The notes under the pieces: generated by a model
What the model was told of the DNA's origin: nothing
What the model saw: the letters and a program-made list of their open reading frames with translations, nothing else
Database searches by the model: none
Shown: positions 20,215 to 22,711 of the stretch, in pieces
How positions within the stretch are numbered: the stretch's first letter is position 1
Layout of the letters: each line of letters begins with the position of its first letter
Program-made: the position numbers and the translations under genes
Source: an uncultured archaeon
GTDB lineage: Archaea; Iainarchaeota; Iainarchaeia; Iainarchaeales; 0-14-0-20-30-16
DNA length: 22,711 nt
Reading direction: 5' to 3'
NCBI GenBank assembly: GCA_964565125.1
Contig: CAZMCX010000004.1
Coordinates: forward strand, 1-22,711

Positions 20215-21966
20215 ATGATTCCAGATTTTCTTAAGAAACATTATCTATTAACCACTTTCTTTTTTGTTTTTATATTTTTACCATACCTAATCTTAGAGAT
20301 TTATAGCTATGACGGCATATTTAGTCTAATTACAAGATTTATCTGTTTTTCATCGCTCTTGGTATTTTGCATAGTTTTGTCTAAATATTTAGAACATAAA
20401 AACAGCATAATAAAATATTCTTTGTTTTTCATATTCTTTCTATATTATATCCTTACCTATCTATTTGCTGCTTATTTAGCATTTTCTAGAACCCCTTTTA
20501 AGATAGTGGCCAATATTGAATTGGGATTGAACTCAATAACACATGGGCTGGTGGGAATATTAGGATATTTTAATATCGCACTTGTCTTTGTTGCAGTAAT
20601 TCTTTTGTTCTTACTTACTAGCCACTTCTTTAGAAAAGTTACAAAAAACATTCACAAAGAATTTGGCGGAAAAATTGCAGGGTTATTACTTCTGTTAACT
20701 GTTGTATTCCTAGTAACTGGAAATGACCTAGTAGTTTCTTCTGTAATAGACGCATATCAAGACTACGAAGCCACTAAAAACAACCCAGTTGTATTTCCAG
20801 ATTACAATTTTTCTACAACTTCAAATGAGAACATATTTTTATTACAACTAGAATCCTTAAACTCTGCAATTGTAACTAAAGAATACAGCCCCAACTTCTT
20901 AGAAATCGCAAAGGATGGAGTTTTATTAAAAAAATATCATAATAACAGCATAAGAACAAACCTGGCCCAAGACAATATTTTATGCGGAATAAATGGAAAC
21001 TTCAAAACCCCATTTTCGCACCACCCCGAAGATATCAAAAACACCTGCCTACCACAGTTGCTAAAAGACAGCGGCTACAAAACTTTATTTTTTAGAGCAG
21101 ATATTTTAGAATTCACAAATACCGGGAACTACATGAAAGCAATCGGTTTTGAGGAAATACATCATGATGATATAATGCAAGAAGGCGATCTGAAATATCC
21201 ATGGGGCTATGACGATGCTTTGTTTTACAAAAGAACTTTTGAATACTTAAATAAATACTACAAAGACACAAACAACCTCTTTATTTACCTAGAAGTTTCT
21301 TCACATCACATCCCATTTTCTGAAAAAGAGGAATATGGAAATCATGTTTTTTTAGAACCACAAAATTTCACTGAAAAATACATAAACTCTGCTTATGTTC
21401 AAGACATGGCTCTAAAAACATTTTATGACGATTTTAAAAAATACACTAACGGAAACACCCACTTAATTATCCAAGGAGACCACAGCTGGCCAATAGGGAT
21501 CCATGGAAATGTAAACAACGAAAAAGGATATTATGAAGATAACTTTCTTACCTCTCTTATTTTCATAGGAAAGAAAGGTCAAGGATACCTAACAAATTAT
21601 ATAACTGAAGAAAGATTTAGCGAAGTTGACACTGTTCCTACAATCTTTTCAATCCTCAATAAAGAACAATATGAAAACTCTTTTGAGCCCGCACTTAAAG
21701 GCCAAGAACCCACAAATTATGAAAAATGCCACATGCTTATCCAGCCACATATGGACATGTCAGCATCAATTGTGAAATACCCTGATAAATATGTTTACCT
21801 TTTAAAATTAAAAGAAATACATTACTTTAATCTAGCAAACGATCCCAATGAAATGGATGAAACAGTTCTAGCCAAGGATATAGGCCTAAAAGATTTCCTT
21901 ATGACTTACGGTTGTGAGAGATACAAGGAATATTATTCTAAAAACTTAATTGAAACTGAAGAATAA
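20215..21966 (+). CDS. LtaS/sulfatase-like (alkaline-phosphatase superfamily) membrane phosphotransferase
   Basis: About 5 N-terminal TM segments, then an extracytoplasmic domain with LQLESLNS, SIRTN (candidate nucleophile Thr), SSHHIPF and QGDHSWP motifs. SD-like GAGG lies upstream of the ATG. Confidence 0.75.
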   Translation: MIPDFLKKHYLLTTFFFVFIFLPYLILEIYSYDGIFSLITRFICFSSLLVFCIVLSKYLEHKNSIIKYSLFFIFFLYYILTYLFAAYLAFSRTPFKIVANIELGLNSITHGLVGILGYFNIALVFVAVILLFLLTSHFFRKVTKNIHKEFGGKIAGLLLLLTVVFLVTGNDLVVSSVIDAYQDYEATKNNPVVFPDYNFSTTSNENIFLLQLESLNSAIVTKEYSPNFLEIAKDGVLLKKYHNNSIRTNLAQDNILCGINGNFKTPFSHHPEDIKNTCLPQLLKDSGYKTLFFRADILEFTNTGNYMKAIGFEEIHHDDIMQEGDLKYPWGYDDALFYKRTFEYLNKYYKDTNNLFIYLEVSSHHIPFSEKEEYGNHVFLEPQNFTEKYINSAYVQDMALKTFYDDFKKYTNGNTHLIIQGDHSWPIGIHGNVNNEKGYYEDNFLTSLIFIGKKGQGYLTNYITEERFSEVDTVPTIFSILNKEQYENSFEPALKGQEPTNYEKCHMLIQPHMDMSASIVKYPDKYVYLLKLKEIHYFNLANDPNEMDETVLAKDIGLKDFLMTYGCERYKEYYSKNLIETEE

Positions 21967-21990
21967 GGGACCCATCTACAAACTACAAAT

Positions 21991-22017
21991 AGCAGAATTA
22001 TTTTGCTTTTATTTTTT
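21991..22017 (+). terminator. Hairpin plus T-run after the LtaS-like gene
   Basis: agcagaa-tta-ttttgct (7 bp including one G.U), followed by tttatttttt. Confidence 0.3.
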
Positions 22018-22518
22018 ATAGTCACATAAAAACACTTTTGCATTTTCATAAGTTATTACTATTCTGTGCAAGGTATCTATTAACTCTTTAGGTTCTTTAT
22101 AATATTTCTTAAATGTTTTTATACCTCCTTTTTCTATCAGTTTCATCGCAAATGCCAAAGTTATTAAATCCTTCTTGTTATATGTCCAAATAAGTTTATA
22201 TCTTAATTTTTCAGACAATGTTACCCCACTTAATACTGGAGAAACATTTAAATTAAAAAACCAACAAATCCCCAAAAAAATGTTAGTTTTAAAACGATTC
22301 TAAACTCTTAAAGGATGTTTAATTATTTTTCCAACACGCCGAGGATATAAAAATATTACTCCTAACTCTTCTAATAAGAAAATTAATTTGGAGGGGGTTT
22401 TGTAATTTCTGTTAAATAGATTACTATATTTTTCATCTATTTCTTTTGATTCCAATATTAGTTTTTCTTGATATTTAGAGGGATATGACTTTATTTTTGA
22501 AACTATTTTTTCTGGCAA
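22009..22518 (-). pseudogene. Degenerate ORF: two same-frame fragments (72 aa and 88 aa) separated by an in-frame TAG, neither with an ATG start
   Basis: The starts at 22518 and 22275 are both TTG and in the same frame. TAG lies at 22302-22300. I recognise no motif. Confidence 0.3.
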
Positions 22519-22711
22519 ACCAAATGGAATATTAATAAGCAGATTGCTTTAATACTTGATTATTTTGCATTGGTTTTAATAGGCCGTTCTGAGAAACATA
22601 ACATAAATTTAAGTCTTGTAAAGGAACATCATATAAACTTGTGATGTGAACACGGATTTTTAGTTTGTCTTGTGTTTTGGCAAAGGCTTTCTATTTATAA
22701 AGTTTATGACT

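Overview
AT-rich archaeal chromosomal window, read almost entirely on the minus strand. Archaeal origin rests on 16S/23S signatures and on introns in tRNA-Ala and 23S; a DPANN-like small-genome lineage is inference only.

Contents from left to right:
1. A Wbp-type di-N-acetylated UDP-sugar cluster: Gfo/Idh/MocA oxidoreductase, nucleotide-sugar dehydrogenase, LbH acetyltransferase, and the first 20 codons of a DegT-like aminotransferase.
2. A YchF/Obg-like GTPase.
3. A small accessory island: an AbiEi/AbiEii type IV toxin-antitoxin pair, a second pol-beta nucleotidyltransferase translationally coupled to a 67-aa orphan, and a broken or recoded gene (in-frame TGA plus an A8 slippery -1 shift).
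4. A four-subunit 2-oxoacid:ferredoxin oxidoreductase operon (gamma-delta-alpha-beta). Its beta subunit is split inside the ThDP-binding motif by a 343-aa LAGLIDADG intein.
5. A SAM methyltransferase.
6. An unassigned ~200-nt G+C-rich structured RNA candidate with its own TATA box and oligo-T terminator.
7. A complete 16S - tRNA-Ala(UGC) - 23S operon, with a 92-nt tRNA intron, a ~305-nt ORF-less hairpin-rich 23S intron, and long inverted-repeat processing stems.
8. A bacterial-looking block: a GAF-GGDEF diguanylate cyclase abutting an NSS-family transporter, and a divergent LtaS/sulfatase-like membrane enzyme.
9. Degenerate ORFs at the right edge.

No CRISPR array or recognisable transposase was seen. 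All ORF-track entries inside the rRNA genes, or antisense to clear genes, are treated as spurious. Several ORF-track starts (GTG/TTG) look over-extended into a GGTGAT Shine-Dalgarno-like motif and were trimmed to the next start codon (ATG in four genes, GTG at 2902).
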